This document shows positions 1 through 5,934 of a stretch of DNA of 23,492 nucleotides, one piece after another. Location of the stretch: the IMG/VR virus record IMGVR_UViG_3300033074_002207, one strand, 5' to 3'. How positions within the stretch are numbered: position 1 is the first letter of the stretch; each line of letters starts with the position of its first letter. A program made the position numbers and the translations under genes. The stretch is from a virus (Duplodnaviria; Heunggongvirae; Uroviricota; Caudoviricetes). Below the pieces are notes generated by a model. The model was not told where the DNA came from. It saw only the letters and a list, made by a program, of their open reading frames with translations, and searched no databases.

Positions 1-37
1 TCTGCCAGCCTAAGCAAAATTCGTTAAAGAGGATTTC

Positions 38-75
38 GAGGGACTTGGCAGAAAAAGCCAAGTCCCTCTTTTTTT
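38..75 (+). terminator. Rho-independent terminator
   Basis: 12-bp stem GAGGGACTTGGC/GCCAAGTCCCTC followed by T7. Confidence 0.85.
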
Positions 76-180
76 ACATTACTCATCGACAAACTGCACT
101 TTGAAAACTTTATATTGTATGCGTTAAAAAGAATGGGGGCAGAAGAATAGCCAGCTTCTGCCCCAAGGTGAAAGATTTAT

Positions 181-256
181 GCGGATGTGGCACAGTGGCT
201 ACTGCGTTTCGTTGCCAACGAAAAATTCGAGGGTTCGAGTCCCTTCATCCGCTCCA
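181..256 (+). tRNA. tRNA-Gly(GCC)
   Basis: Acceptor GCGGATG/CATCCGC, anticodon arm TTTCG-TT-GCC-AA-CGAAA, T-loop TTCGAGT, T73 then CCA. Confidence 0.93.
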
Positions 257-262
257 ATTCAT

Positions 263-303
263 GCCGATTGAGGGTAAAAGCTTGACACCCGATATCGGCT
301 CCA
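263..303 (+). ncRNA. 41-nt tRNA-like minihelix ending in TCCA (Thr-like acceptor)
   Basis: GCCGAT/ATCGGC stem then T-CCA, inner GGGT/ACCC hairpin; no T or D arm; packed between two tRNAs. Confidence 0.5.
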
Positions 304-306
304 AGC

Positions 307-382
307 GGGTCTATAGCTCAACGGCTAGAGCAATGCGTTGTCTGCGCAAAGGTTGCGGGTTCGAATCCCGTTAGGCTCGCCA
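307..382 (+). tRNA. tRNA-Asp(GTC)
   Basis: Acceptor GGGTCTA/TAGGCTC, G73, CCA; anticodon arm TGCG-TT-GTC-TG-CGCA (atypical T37). Confidence 0.88.
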
Positions 383-410
383 AAATTTTATAACGCTGAG
401 AGAAACAAGT

Positions 411-494
411 GGAGGTAGTCCGGCATGGACGAGGACATTGTTTTGAAAACAACTGGGCTGAAAGGCTTCACGAGTTCGATTCTCGTTGCCTCCG
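411..494 (+). tRNA. tRNA-Ser(TGA), no encoded CCA
   Basis: Acceptor GGAGGTA/TGCCTCC, G73, loop TT-TGA-AA, long variable arm, T arm ACGAG-TTCGATT-CTCGT. Confidence 0.85.
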
Positions 495-512
495 CTGGTT
501 TCTCTCTAAAAT

Positions 513-584
513 GCCGAGTGTTCCGAAGAACGACCGTCACTTGTAATGATAGTTTGAGGGGTTTGACTCCCCTACTCGGCTCCA
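513..584 (+). tRNA. tRNA-Thr(TGT), degenerate D arm
   Basis: Acceptor GCCGAGT/ACTCGGC, T-CCA, loop CT-TGT-AA, T arm AGGGG-TTTGACT-CCCCT. Confidence 0.75.
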
Positions 585-590
585 GTTTAT

Positions 591-670
591 GGCCTGTGGG
601 ACTGCATGGTGTGGTCGCTTCCCTGTCACGGAAGAGAGTCAGGAGGGTTCGATACCCTTACAGGTCGCCA
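591..670 (+). tRNA. tRNA-Asp(GTC)
   Basis: Acceptor GGCCTGT/ACAGGTC, G73, CCA; anticodon arm CTTCC-CT-GTC-AC-GGAAG. Confidence 0.9.
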
Positions 671-674
671 TTTT

Positions 675-707
675 TCCTCAATATACTCCTATGAAGTATA
701 TTGAGGA
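675..707. promoter_or_regulatory. Palindromic two-strand copy of the TCCTCA-N17-ATA motif
   Basis: TCCTCAATATACT...AGTATATTGAGGA inverted repeat; motif with exact 17-nt spacer reads on both strands. Confidence 0.6.
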
Positions 708-815
708 TACTCCAAGAAAGCAGGCACGCTAGAGACGTGATGTGATTGCTTTAAAAGACGAATAATGACCCGTTTCACGAATTCAAGTCATTATGAAGGC
801 GTCAACTTGGTGTAT
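707..815 (+). ncRNA. Candidate ~110-nt three-way-junction ncRNA
   Basis: Closing stem ATAC-T-CCAAG/CTTGG-T-GTAT; arms AAAGCA/TGCTTT with CACG/CGTG, and GACG+ATAATGAC/GTCATTAT+CGTC; begins at the predicted start site of the 675 motif. Confidence 0.5.
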
Positions 816-825
816 TTTTGTTTTT

Positions 826-910
826 GCGAGAGTGTCTCTAATGGTATGAGTGCAGGTTTCCACCCTGCTGCCTTTGCGCCTTGCGGGTTCGAGTCCCGTC
901 TCTCGCTCCA
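826..910 (+). tRNA. tRNA-Gly(TCC) with 14-nt variable region
   Basis: Acceptor GCGAGAG/CTCTCGC, T-CCA; anticodon arm GCAGG-TT-TCC-AC-CCTGC. Confidence 0.87.
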
Positions 911-913
911 AGT

Positions 914-1002
914 TTCTGAAGATTAGTATGGGCAAGGATAAATAGCAACTCCGTACCTGTACTACCAAAGGGGTTGCTACTGGATGGTAGGAGTCTTCAG
1001 AA
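914..1002 (+). ncRNA. Candidate pseudoknotted RNA in tRNA spacer
   Basis: P1 TTCTGAAGATT/AGTCTTCAGAA; P2 TAGCAACTCC/GGGGTTGCTA; loop CTACCA (962-967) complementary to TGGTAG (985-990). Confidence 0.5.
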
Positions 1003-1006
1003 TTAT

Positions 1007-1088
1007 GCCACCTTCGCATAATGGGATTGCACTTTCTTGGTAAGAAAGTCCTTCGGGGGAACGAGTTCGATTCTCGTAGGTGGCTCCA
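1007..1088 (+). tRNA. tRNA-Thr(GGT) with extended variable arm
   Basis: Acceptor GCCACCT/AGGTGGC, T-CCA; anticodon arm CTTTC-TT-GGT-AA-GAAAG; variable region TCCTTCGGGGGA. Confidence 0.87.
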
Positions 1089-1095
1089 GTTTTTT

Positions 1096-1124
1096 TTGAC
1101 ATTTCCAATATTTCGAGGTATAAT
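1096..1124 (+). promoter_or_regulatory. Consensus sigma70 promoter
   Basis: TTGACA (1096-1101), 17 nt, TATAAT (1119-1124). Confidence 0.85.
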
Positions 1125-1133
1125 ATTGGAGTT

Positions 1134-1502
1134 ATGTCTGATTCGATTCACACACCTGAAGAAAAGGCTGAAGCACTTGGCGGCTGTGGGCTGCTCATGA
1201 TTTTGATTGTTTTGGCTCCTTTTGCCACCTGGTGGCACGCATGGGTGACACTTACGATGTACAACTGGTTCATTTTACCATTTGTGGCAGGTGCTCCGGC
1301 TATGAGTATCATACCCTTTATTGGGTTGTCGAGTATTATGGGGATGTTCACCTATCATCTCGCAAATCTTGACAACACCAAGAAAGATGGCACTAAAATC
1401 AAGGCATCGGATATGTTCACAAAAGCTTTGACACGAATGTTTTTTTATCCGCTTGTTGCCCTTGGATTTGCTTGGGTGTATCAGTTCATTTTCATTCGTT
1501 AA
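1134..1502 (+). CDS. Hypothetical multi-pass membrane protein
   Basis: ATG 1134 lies after the sigma70 promoter and GGAG; the track start at 1080 is inside a tRNA; 3-4 hydrophobic segments. Confidence 0.8.
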   Translation: MSDSIHTPEEKAEALGGCGLLMILIVLAPFATWWHAWVTLTMYNWFILPFVAGAPAMSIIPFIGLSSIMGMFTYHLANLDNTKKDGTKIKASDMFTKALTRMFFYPLVALGFAWVYQFIFIR

Positions 1503-1509
1503 CATAAAT

Positions 1510-1586
1510 CGGTCTGTAGCTCAGTTGGTTAGAGCGTTGCCCTGTCACGGCAGAGGTCGCGGGTTCAAGTCCCGTCAGGCTGACCA
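1510..1586 (+). tRNA. tRNA with Asp anticodon (GTC) but Pro-like acceptor (C1-G72, A73)
   Basis: Acceptor CGGTCTG/CAGGCTG, A-CCA; anticodon arm TTGCC-CT-GTC-AC-GGCAG; canonical D and T arms. Confidence 0.9.
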
Positions 1587-1595
1587 GATTTAAAC

Positions 1596-1670
1596 GCGGG
1601 GTTGGTCTATTGGTTGTGGCCCTAGCCTTCCAAGCTTGAGAAAGGGGTTCGATTCCCCTACCCCGCTCCA
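1596..1670 (+). tRNA. tRNA-Gly(TCC)
   Basis: Acceptor GCGGGGT/ACCCCGC, T-CCA; loop CT-TCC-AA. Confidence 0.9.
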
Positions 1671-1675
1671 CTTTC

Positions 1676-1749
1676 GCGGCTGTATTTTAATGGTAGAATC
1701 TCTGCATGCCACGCAGAGGATGCGGGTTCGATTCCCGCCAGCCGCTCCA
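1676..1749 (+). tRNA. tRNA-Gly(GCC)
   Basis: Acceptor GCGGCTG/CAGCCGC, T-CCA; anticodon arm TCTGC-AT-GCC-AC-GCAGA. Confidence 0.92.
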
Positions 1750-1769
1750 GTTTATGGTATACTGGACGC

Positions 1770-2120
1770 ATGTCAGAACCAACATTGACAGGAACAAACT
1801 TTAAAGCACTTGCACATTTGCATCTGGGTACAATACCGGACTACAGCAGAAATGCAGAGCGTGCTTTGGTACTCTATCACTCTATTCATCTTGGTTTAGG
1901 GCACCCACAAGCAAAACTCAAGCGCGACATAAGCGAAACCATTGGTGCAATGACGATTTCTATTCCAAAAGGCACTGTTGTAAGATGCTTGTCATTCAAA
2001 AATGGATGGCGACGAAGGACTAATATTGAATTTCTCAACAAAGTACACGTGGTTGTACACGCAGACCATATGCCACACATCACTATGGCAGTCCCGTTGT
2101 CGATGTTAGAACCACTCTAA
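1770..2120 (+). CDS. Hypothetical protein, probably leaderless
   Basis: 116-aa ORF; TGG-TATACT extended -10 lies 6 nt before the ATG. Confidence 0.7.
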   Translation: MSEPTLTGTNFKALAHLHLGTIPDYSRNAERALVLYHSIHLGLGHPQAKLKRDISETIGAMTISIPKGTVVRCLSFKNGWRRRTNIEFLNKVHVVVHADHMPHITMAVPLSMLEPL

Positions 2121-2131
2121 GACTAGTCCTG

Positions 2132-2144
2132 GCCAGCCGCTCCA
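2132..2144 (+). repeat. 13-bp duplicate of the tRNA-Gly 3' end
   Basis: GCCAGCCGCTCCA identical to 1737-1749. Confidence 0.75.
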
Positions 2145-2248
2145 ATTTGAAAAATCCTCAAAATCAAATTCCGCCCCATAGAGAATCATGGCATCCGAGA
2201 GGGAAAGACAGAATTTCCTCAAATCGGTAGACCAGGAGATAAAAAACT

Positions 2249-2794
2249 ATGGCAGGAAAACGAAAAAACTTTCTTAACTACGCGGCGGCTCAAGCGTTCG
2301 TCGCCACTCTCGCTCTCACGTCCATGCAGGACTGGATTGCCTACTCGAAGGGTAAAGACCCGCAGGGTCGTACTCGACCGGAAGACATCCCGTCGAATCC
2401 GTGGACTGTCTACAAGGCTGAACTCACTGCGATGGGCAAGAAGTTCTCCATCAACGAGTTCATCGGGTGCAAGCTCCCTCGCAAGCCCCGAACGAAGAAG
2501 GCTGATGGCGCACCGAAGGCAACTCGCAAGCCGAAGGCTGATGCAGTTACCGTGACCGATGCTCCGGCTGATGTCCCTGTGGCGTCTCAGACTCCGTTCG
2601 AGATTGCGCGAACTGCGATTCAGGCTCTCAAGCTTCCGAATCGTGACGCCTTCTACGACCTGAAGCGCAAGAATATGCTTCCGGCTGGAGTTCCTCGCAA
2701 GCCCGAAGACACCTTTAAGGGTGAGTGGCAGGGTTGGGGCGACTTCCTCGGCAACGGCAACAAGCAGGTCGCCAAGAACACCGCTGACGCCTAA
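2249..2794 (+). CDS. Protein with two phage 'integrase repeat'-like units and a Lys/Ala/Pro-rich linker
   Basis: IPSNPWTVYK and LPAGVPRKPEDTFKGEWQGWGDFLG resemble the PxxPxxxYxxxWxGWxDFLG repeat; ATG 27 nt after TCCTCA. Confidence 0.75.
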   Translation: MAGKRKNFLNYAAAQAFVATLALTSMQDWIAYSKGKDPQGRTRPEDIPSNPWTVYKAELTAMGKKFSINEFIGCKLPRKPRTKKADGAPKATRKPKADAVTVTDAPADVPVASQTPFEIARTAIQALKLPNRDAFYDLKRKNMLPAGVPRKPEDTFKGEWQGWGDFLGNGNKQVAKNTADA

Positions 2795-2816
2795 AGAGCG
2801 CAAGCTCTCATGACTC

Positions 2817-2856
2817 GAAACGCAAGGGACAAAGGAATCCCTTGCGTTTCCAATTT
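2817..2856 (+). terminator. Hairpin, probable terminator
   Basis: 13-bp stem GAAACGCAAGGGA/TCCCTTGCGTTTC, weak T tail. Confidence 0.55.
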
Positions 2857-2888
2857 CCTCATTCACAAGGGTGATGGCATATAGAATC

Positions 2889-3053
2889 ATGGTTACAATC
2901 AAGGTTATGCTTGAACTCGAAGTGGAATGTCCCGAGGATATGGGCGCGGAAGAACTGGTGGACAAAATCATCATTAACGCCCATATTCCCAACCGACCCG
3001 ATATCGTTGTCAACGACTCCATTATCAATCTTGACTGGGAGGAGGAAGACTAA
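2889..3053 (+). CDS. Small acidic hypothetical protein
   Basis: ATG 2889 is 27 nt after TCCTCA 2856; MVTIKVMLELEVECP... Confidence 0.75.
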   Translation: MVTIKVMLELEVECPEDMGAEELVDKIIINAHIPNRPDIVVNDSIINLDWEEED

Positions 3054-3229
3054 TGGCGCGAAAAGTCACAATCGACGTGAAAGTACGACTGCACATTCGC
3101 GCAGATGACGACCAGAGTATTGACGAAGTGCTCCAGGAGATGGACTATAACTTCACAGCGAATGAAAGCACGGATGCTGACATCGAAGACACCGAAATTG
3201 TTGATTGGGAAATCTTGGACAGCAAGTAA
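3053..3229 (+). CDS. Small acidic hypothetical protein (58 aa, not in ORF track)
   Basis: TAATG coupling, GGAGG upstream; MARKVTIDVKVRLHIRADDDQSIDEVLQEMDYNF...DSK*. Confidence 0.75.
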   Translation: MARKVTIDVKVRLHIRADDDQSIDEVLQEMDYNFTANESTDADIEDTEIVDWEILDSK

Positions 3230-3278
3230 AAAGCCCATTCAATAAAACAAAATGTGTGGTATAATAACCGCACACAAC

Positions 3279-3354
3279 GCCGACTTAACTCAGTGGCCAG
3301 AGTGGCTGTTTTGTAAACAGCGAGTCAGGAGTTCGAATCTCCTAGTCGGCTCCA
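3279..3354 (+). tRNA. tRNA-Thr(TGT)
   Basis: Acceptor GCCGACT/AGTCGGC, T-CCA; anticodon arm GCTGT-TT-TGT-AA-ACAGC; TGG-TATAAT upstream at 3257-3265. Confidence 0.93.
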
Positions 3355-3364
3355 GTTTCATCAA

Positions 3365-3384
3365 GGAGAGTTGCCGGAGCGGTA
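3365..3384 (+). pseudogene. 5' fragment of a tRNA-Ser (acceptor strand plus D-arm start)
   Basis: GGAGAGT-TG-CCGGAGCGGTA; GGAGAGT pairs perfectly with ACTCTCC at 4038-4044. Confidence 0.7.
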
Positions 3385-3417
3385 GGTTGCCAGAGTTTCC
3401 ACGTAGAATATAACCTA

Positions 3418-3918
3418 GTGGAAACTTATCAACGAAAACCAAACAGCGTCTGTAAAGTGTGCGACAAGCCATTATACAGAAGACCTTCTGAAAAACAGAA
3501 AGGAAATGTCTTCTGTTCTAAGGCATGTTATGGACAATATCAGGCAAAACCAATTCCATGTGTAATATGTGGAAAGATGATTCTAACTAGCAAGAATAAA
3601 AAGACATGTAGCAGAGTATGCTCCAATATAAACCGCGCAGGAATTACATATCACAAACGCGGATATGGGGTGAAGTTTGCAAGTAGCAGCGCTACTCGAT
3701 TATATACTCTTCAACAACAGTTCAATTTTGATTCTTGCATGGTCGAAGGTTGTACATATTCAACCACGTATGATATTCACAGACATATTCCTGGAAAAAA
3801 TGATGGTCAATATGAGATTGGGAATATGTTTGCAATCTGCCCCAATCATCATGCTGAAGTTTCTCGTGGTATAATCAAGCTTGAAAAAATCTCAGATTGT
3901 TGTTTGAGAGTAGTTTGA
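3418..3918 (+). CDS. HNH homing endonuclease with N-terminal Cys-rich zinc-ribbon repeats
   Basis: CxxC...FCSxxC repeats; C-terminal YDIHRHIPG...GNMFAICPNHHAEV. Confidence 0.85.
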   Translation: METYQRKPNSVCKVCDKPLYRRPSEKQKGNVFCSKACYGQYQAKPIPCVICGKMILTSKNKKTCSRVCSNINRAGITYHKRGYGVKFASSSATRLYTLQQQFNFDSCMVEGCTYSTTYDIHRHIPGKNDGQYEIGNMFAICPNHHAEVSRGIIKLEKISDCCLRVV

Positions 3919-3920
3919 GC

Positions 3921-4002
3921 GGAGGATGACCAGTTGGCTCTGGAGCCTGTCTTGAAAACAGGTAGCACTGCAAGGTGTGGGGTTCGATGCCTCCATCCTC
4001 CG
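3921..4002 (+). tRNA. tRNA-Ser(TGA), apparently 8/4 fold, no encoded CCA
   Basis: Acceptor GGAGGATG/CATCCTCC (8 bp), T-stem GGGG/CCTC (4 bp), anticodon arm GCCTGT-CT-TGA-AA-ACAGGT, variable arm GCAC/GTGT. Confidence 0.85.
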
Positions 4003-4005
4003 CTC

Positions 4006-4048
4006 AGGCAGAGATGCTCCGTGGGTTCGAATCCCACACTCTCCTCCA
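4006..4048 (+). pseudogene. 3' fragment of a tRNA-Ser (variable arm, T arm, acceptor strand, TCCA)
   Basis: GGCA-GAGA-TGCT, GTGGG-TTCGAAT-CCCAC, ACTCTCC-T-CCA. Confidence 0.8.
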
Positions 4049-4070
4049 GATTTTGGGTATAATACCATTG

Positions 4071-4382
4071 ATGTTCACATACTTCGTTCAGATGCTCGCA
4101 ACCATGTTTAAAGTTTCACCAGAAGACTTGGTGTGGGCTCGTGAGACAATCGACAATGGACGCACGCTGTTGATAGCGTGGGGATATACAGAAGAAGGAG
4201 CCAAGGAAGCTCTATTCAGCCAACGACGTAAAACAGTCATTGTTCACCCCGATGGTTTGCTGAAGGTGATAATTTCCAATGACGTGGAAGTGATTCCTGA
4301 AGATGTGATTGAATGGGTGTCGAATCACATGGGCTTTCCAATGCCTGTCAAAGAATCCTCAAACACTCAATCGGAAGCATAA
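4071..4382 (+). CDS. Hypothetical protein, probably leaderless
   Basis: TATAAT at 4058-4063, ATG 4071; the track start overlaps tRNA sequence. Confidence 0.7.
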   Translation: MFTYFVQMLATMFKVSPEDLVWARETIDNGRTLLIAWGYTEEGAKEALFSQRRKTVIVHPDGLLKVIISNDVEVIPEDVIEWVSNHMGFPMPVKESSNTQSEA

Positions 4383-4388
4383 TAAAAC

Positions 4389-4835
4389 ATGGCTACTGAA
4401 ACACTCACGCCCAACGAAGTTTATCGGGGATATACAATCGTCACGATGGTTAACCCTGTTGGAGAAATCCGCATTTGCGATGGTGACGGAGAATATCTTG
4501 AGAGTGGTAGTAAGATTGCCACGTTCCTCTCTTATGACCACGCGAAGGGTTTCATTGATGGATGGATTCGCAATGGTGGCATCGACCTTGGTGTTCCGCG
4601 CCAACGAGTCGAGCTTGGCGAAAGCGGGATGAACTTCATTGTGAGCACTCCTGGTGGCGAAATTAGAGCGTTGTCTGTTGGCGACAAAGATTATCCATCT
4701 CTCGACATTATGGTAGAGGGACGTGTCGTCGCCTTTATTGAATGGCACCCCGACTCAAAGCAATTTAACCTTCATGTCTACAGCAAGGACAACGACGACG
4801 AACCCGTCTTTACACTCGAAGACATCACTAACTAA
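4389..4835 (+). CDS. Hypothetical protein
   Basis: 148-aa ORF; ATG 27 nt after TCCTCA 4356. Confidence 0.8.
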   Translation: MATETLTPNEVYRGYTIVTMVNPVGEIRICDGDGEYLESGSKIATFLSYDHAKGFIDGWIRNGGIDLGVPRQRVELGESGMNFIVSTPGGEIRALSVGDKDYPSLDIMVEGRVVAFIEWHPDSKQFNLHVYSKDNDDEPVFTLEDITN

Positions 4836-5035
4836 TGGAAGAGAACATTAACCCTCGTTGGCTCAAGTATTGTGAGGTGCATAACACCACGCTGGAGAAT
4901 GAGCAGAAGCTCTATCCGGGTGGTAGTATGACGGGCTTTACTCTCTGGATTCGTGAACAGCGCAACAAGTGGCTAGAGGCAAACAAGGGGTATTCTTGCG
5001 AAGCTGATTTCGACACCTTCTTAGGTATCGTTTAA
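4835..5035 (+). CDS. Hypothetical protein
   Basis: 66 aa, TAATG coupling to upstream ORF. Confidence 0.75.
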   Translation: MEENINPRWLKYCEVHNTTLENEQKLYPGGSMTGFTLWIREQRNKWLEANKGYSCEADFDTFLGIV

Positions 5036-5045
5036 ACAAGATTGT

Positions 5046-5068
5046 GGGCCTGTAGCTTAAGGGTGAAA
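5046..5068 (+). pseudogene. 5' fragment of a tRNA (Ile-like start GGGCCTG-TA-GCTT)
   Basis: GGGCCTGTAGCTTAAGGGTGAAA, then the sequence breaks off; no matching 3' half seen. Confidence 0.55.
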
Positions 5069-5089
5069 ACATAACCAAAGAGATTTAAT

Positions 5090-5174
5090 GGGCATGCTCC
5101 AGGGGTTGGTCGCCTGGGTCCGGCTCATAACCGGGTGCTTTATGCCGTCGTGGGTTCGATTCCCACCGTGCCCA
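5090..5174 (+). tRNA. tRNA-CAT (Ile2 or Met), 14-nt variable region, no encoded CCA
   Basis: Acceptor GGGCATG/CGTGCCC, A73; anticodon arm TCCGG-CT-CAT-AA-CCGGG; 5-bp D stem CCAGG/CCTGG. Confidence 0.82.
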
Positions 5175-5718
5175 TTAAATCAGGGTTGTGAATCTCAGCA
5201 TGACAGTTTTGGCAAAGTAACTGACATTTGTCTAGTTCTTGGTTTAACACCTCTTGACGGCGATTCGAAAAGGCTCTGATGTCTAAACCAAAACTTTTGT
5301 CTTTAGTGTGATGAAATACCAGTGCTGCCATATTTTTGTTATAACCGCACATTTCACAACACCCTCCTTTGGCTTGTATAGCTGCAAGCTTTCGATTTAA
5401 CCCTCTTGTTCGTTGTGACAAGGTGTTATTTCTGTTGTTAGAGGTATCACAACATTTTGAACAGTATTTCTGGAATCTTGTGTTTGTTATATCGGCTTCA
5501 CAAATAATACAAGATTTTTGATTTTTAGTAAATCTTCTCTCATGCCCATGTCTGCGATTCACTGGAACATTAGCAGCATCTAGTGCATTATTCCAAGAAC
5601 CAAAAGTTCTTTTTGCTGAATTTTTTATACTTACATCTAAAGCTCTAGGCGAAACACCGTGTTTATAATAATATTGTTGAATAATATCTATGATTTCAAG
5701 CTGCCTTTTTGTAAACAT
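5140..5718 (-). CDS. HNH endonuclease with N-terminal homing-endonuclease-associated repeat
   Basis: RTFGSWNNALDAAN repeat; CEMCGYNKNMAALVFHH...ELDKCQLLCQNCHAEIH; minus-strand TATAAT 8 nt before ATG. Confidence 0.85.
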   Translation of the reverse strand: MFTKRQLEIIDIIQQYYYKHGVSPRALDVSIKNSAKRTFGSWNNALDAANVPVNRRHGHERRFTKNQKSCIICEADITNTRFQKYCSKCCDTSNNRNNTLSQRTRGLNRKLAAIQAKGGCCEMCGYNKNMAALVFHHTKDKSFGLDIRAFSNRRQEVLNQELDKCQLLCQNCHAEIHNPDLMGTVGIEPTTA

Positions 5719-5801
5719 AATGAATCATTATACAAAAATGAGCTTTAAACCTCTTTTATTTATGAATATCTTCATAAATAAAAGGTATCATATAATCACA
5801 T

Positions 5802-5896
5802 GCCCGCATAGCTCAATGGCAGAGCAGCACGCTTATAACGTGTATTAGCCCCAGATTAGGGTGAGGTTGAGGGTTCGAGTCCCTCTGCGGGTACCA
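5802..5896 (+). tRNA. tRNA-Ile(TAT) with 25-nt variable-region insertion
   Basis: Acceptor GCCCGCA/TGCGGGT, A-CCA; anticodon arm GCACG-CT-TAT-AA-CGTGT. Confidence 0.85.
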
Positions 5897-5934
5897 TTTT
5901 TCCTCAATAGTCCGTTTTTGAGGATATCATAAAC

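Noticed and set aside
168-1238. Track ORFs 168-374, 425-694 and 783-1238
   Set aside because: They are translations of tRNA genes (GFES/GLEP signatures) and lack start signals.
2219-3028. 269-aa minus-strand ORF
   Set aside because: Antisense shadow of the well-supported + strand genes 2249-2794 and 2889-3053.
3385-4005. Group I intron explanation for the split tRNA-Ser
   Set aside because: No recognisable P3-P7 core and almost no space outside the ORF and cargo tRNA; the anticodon arm is absent, so splicing could not restore a tRNA.
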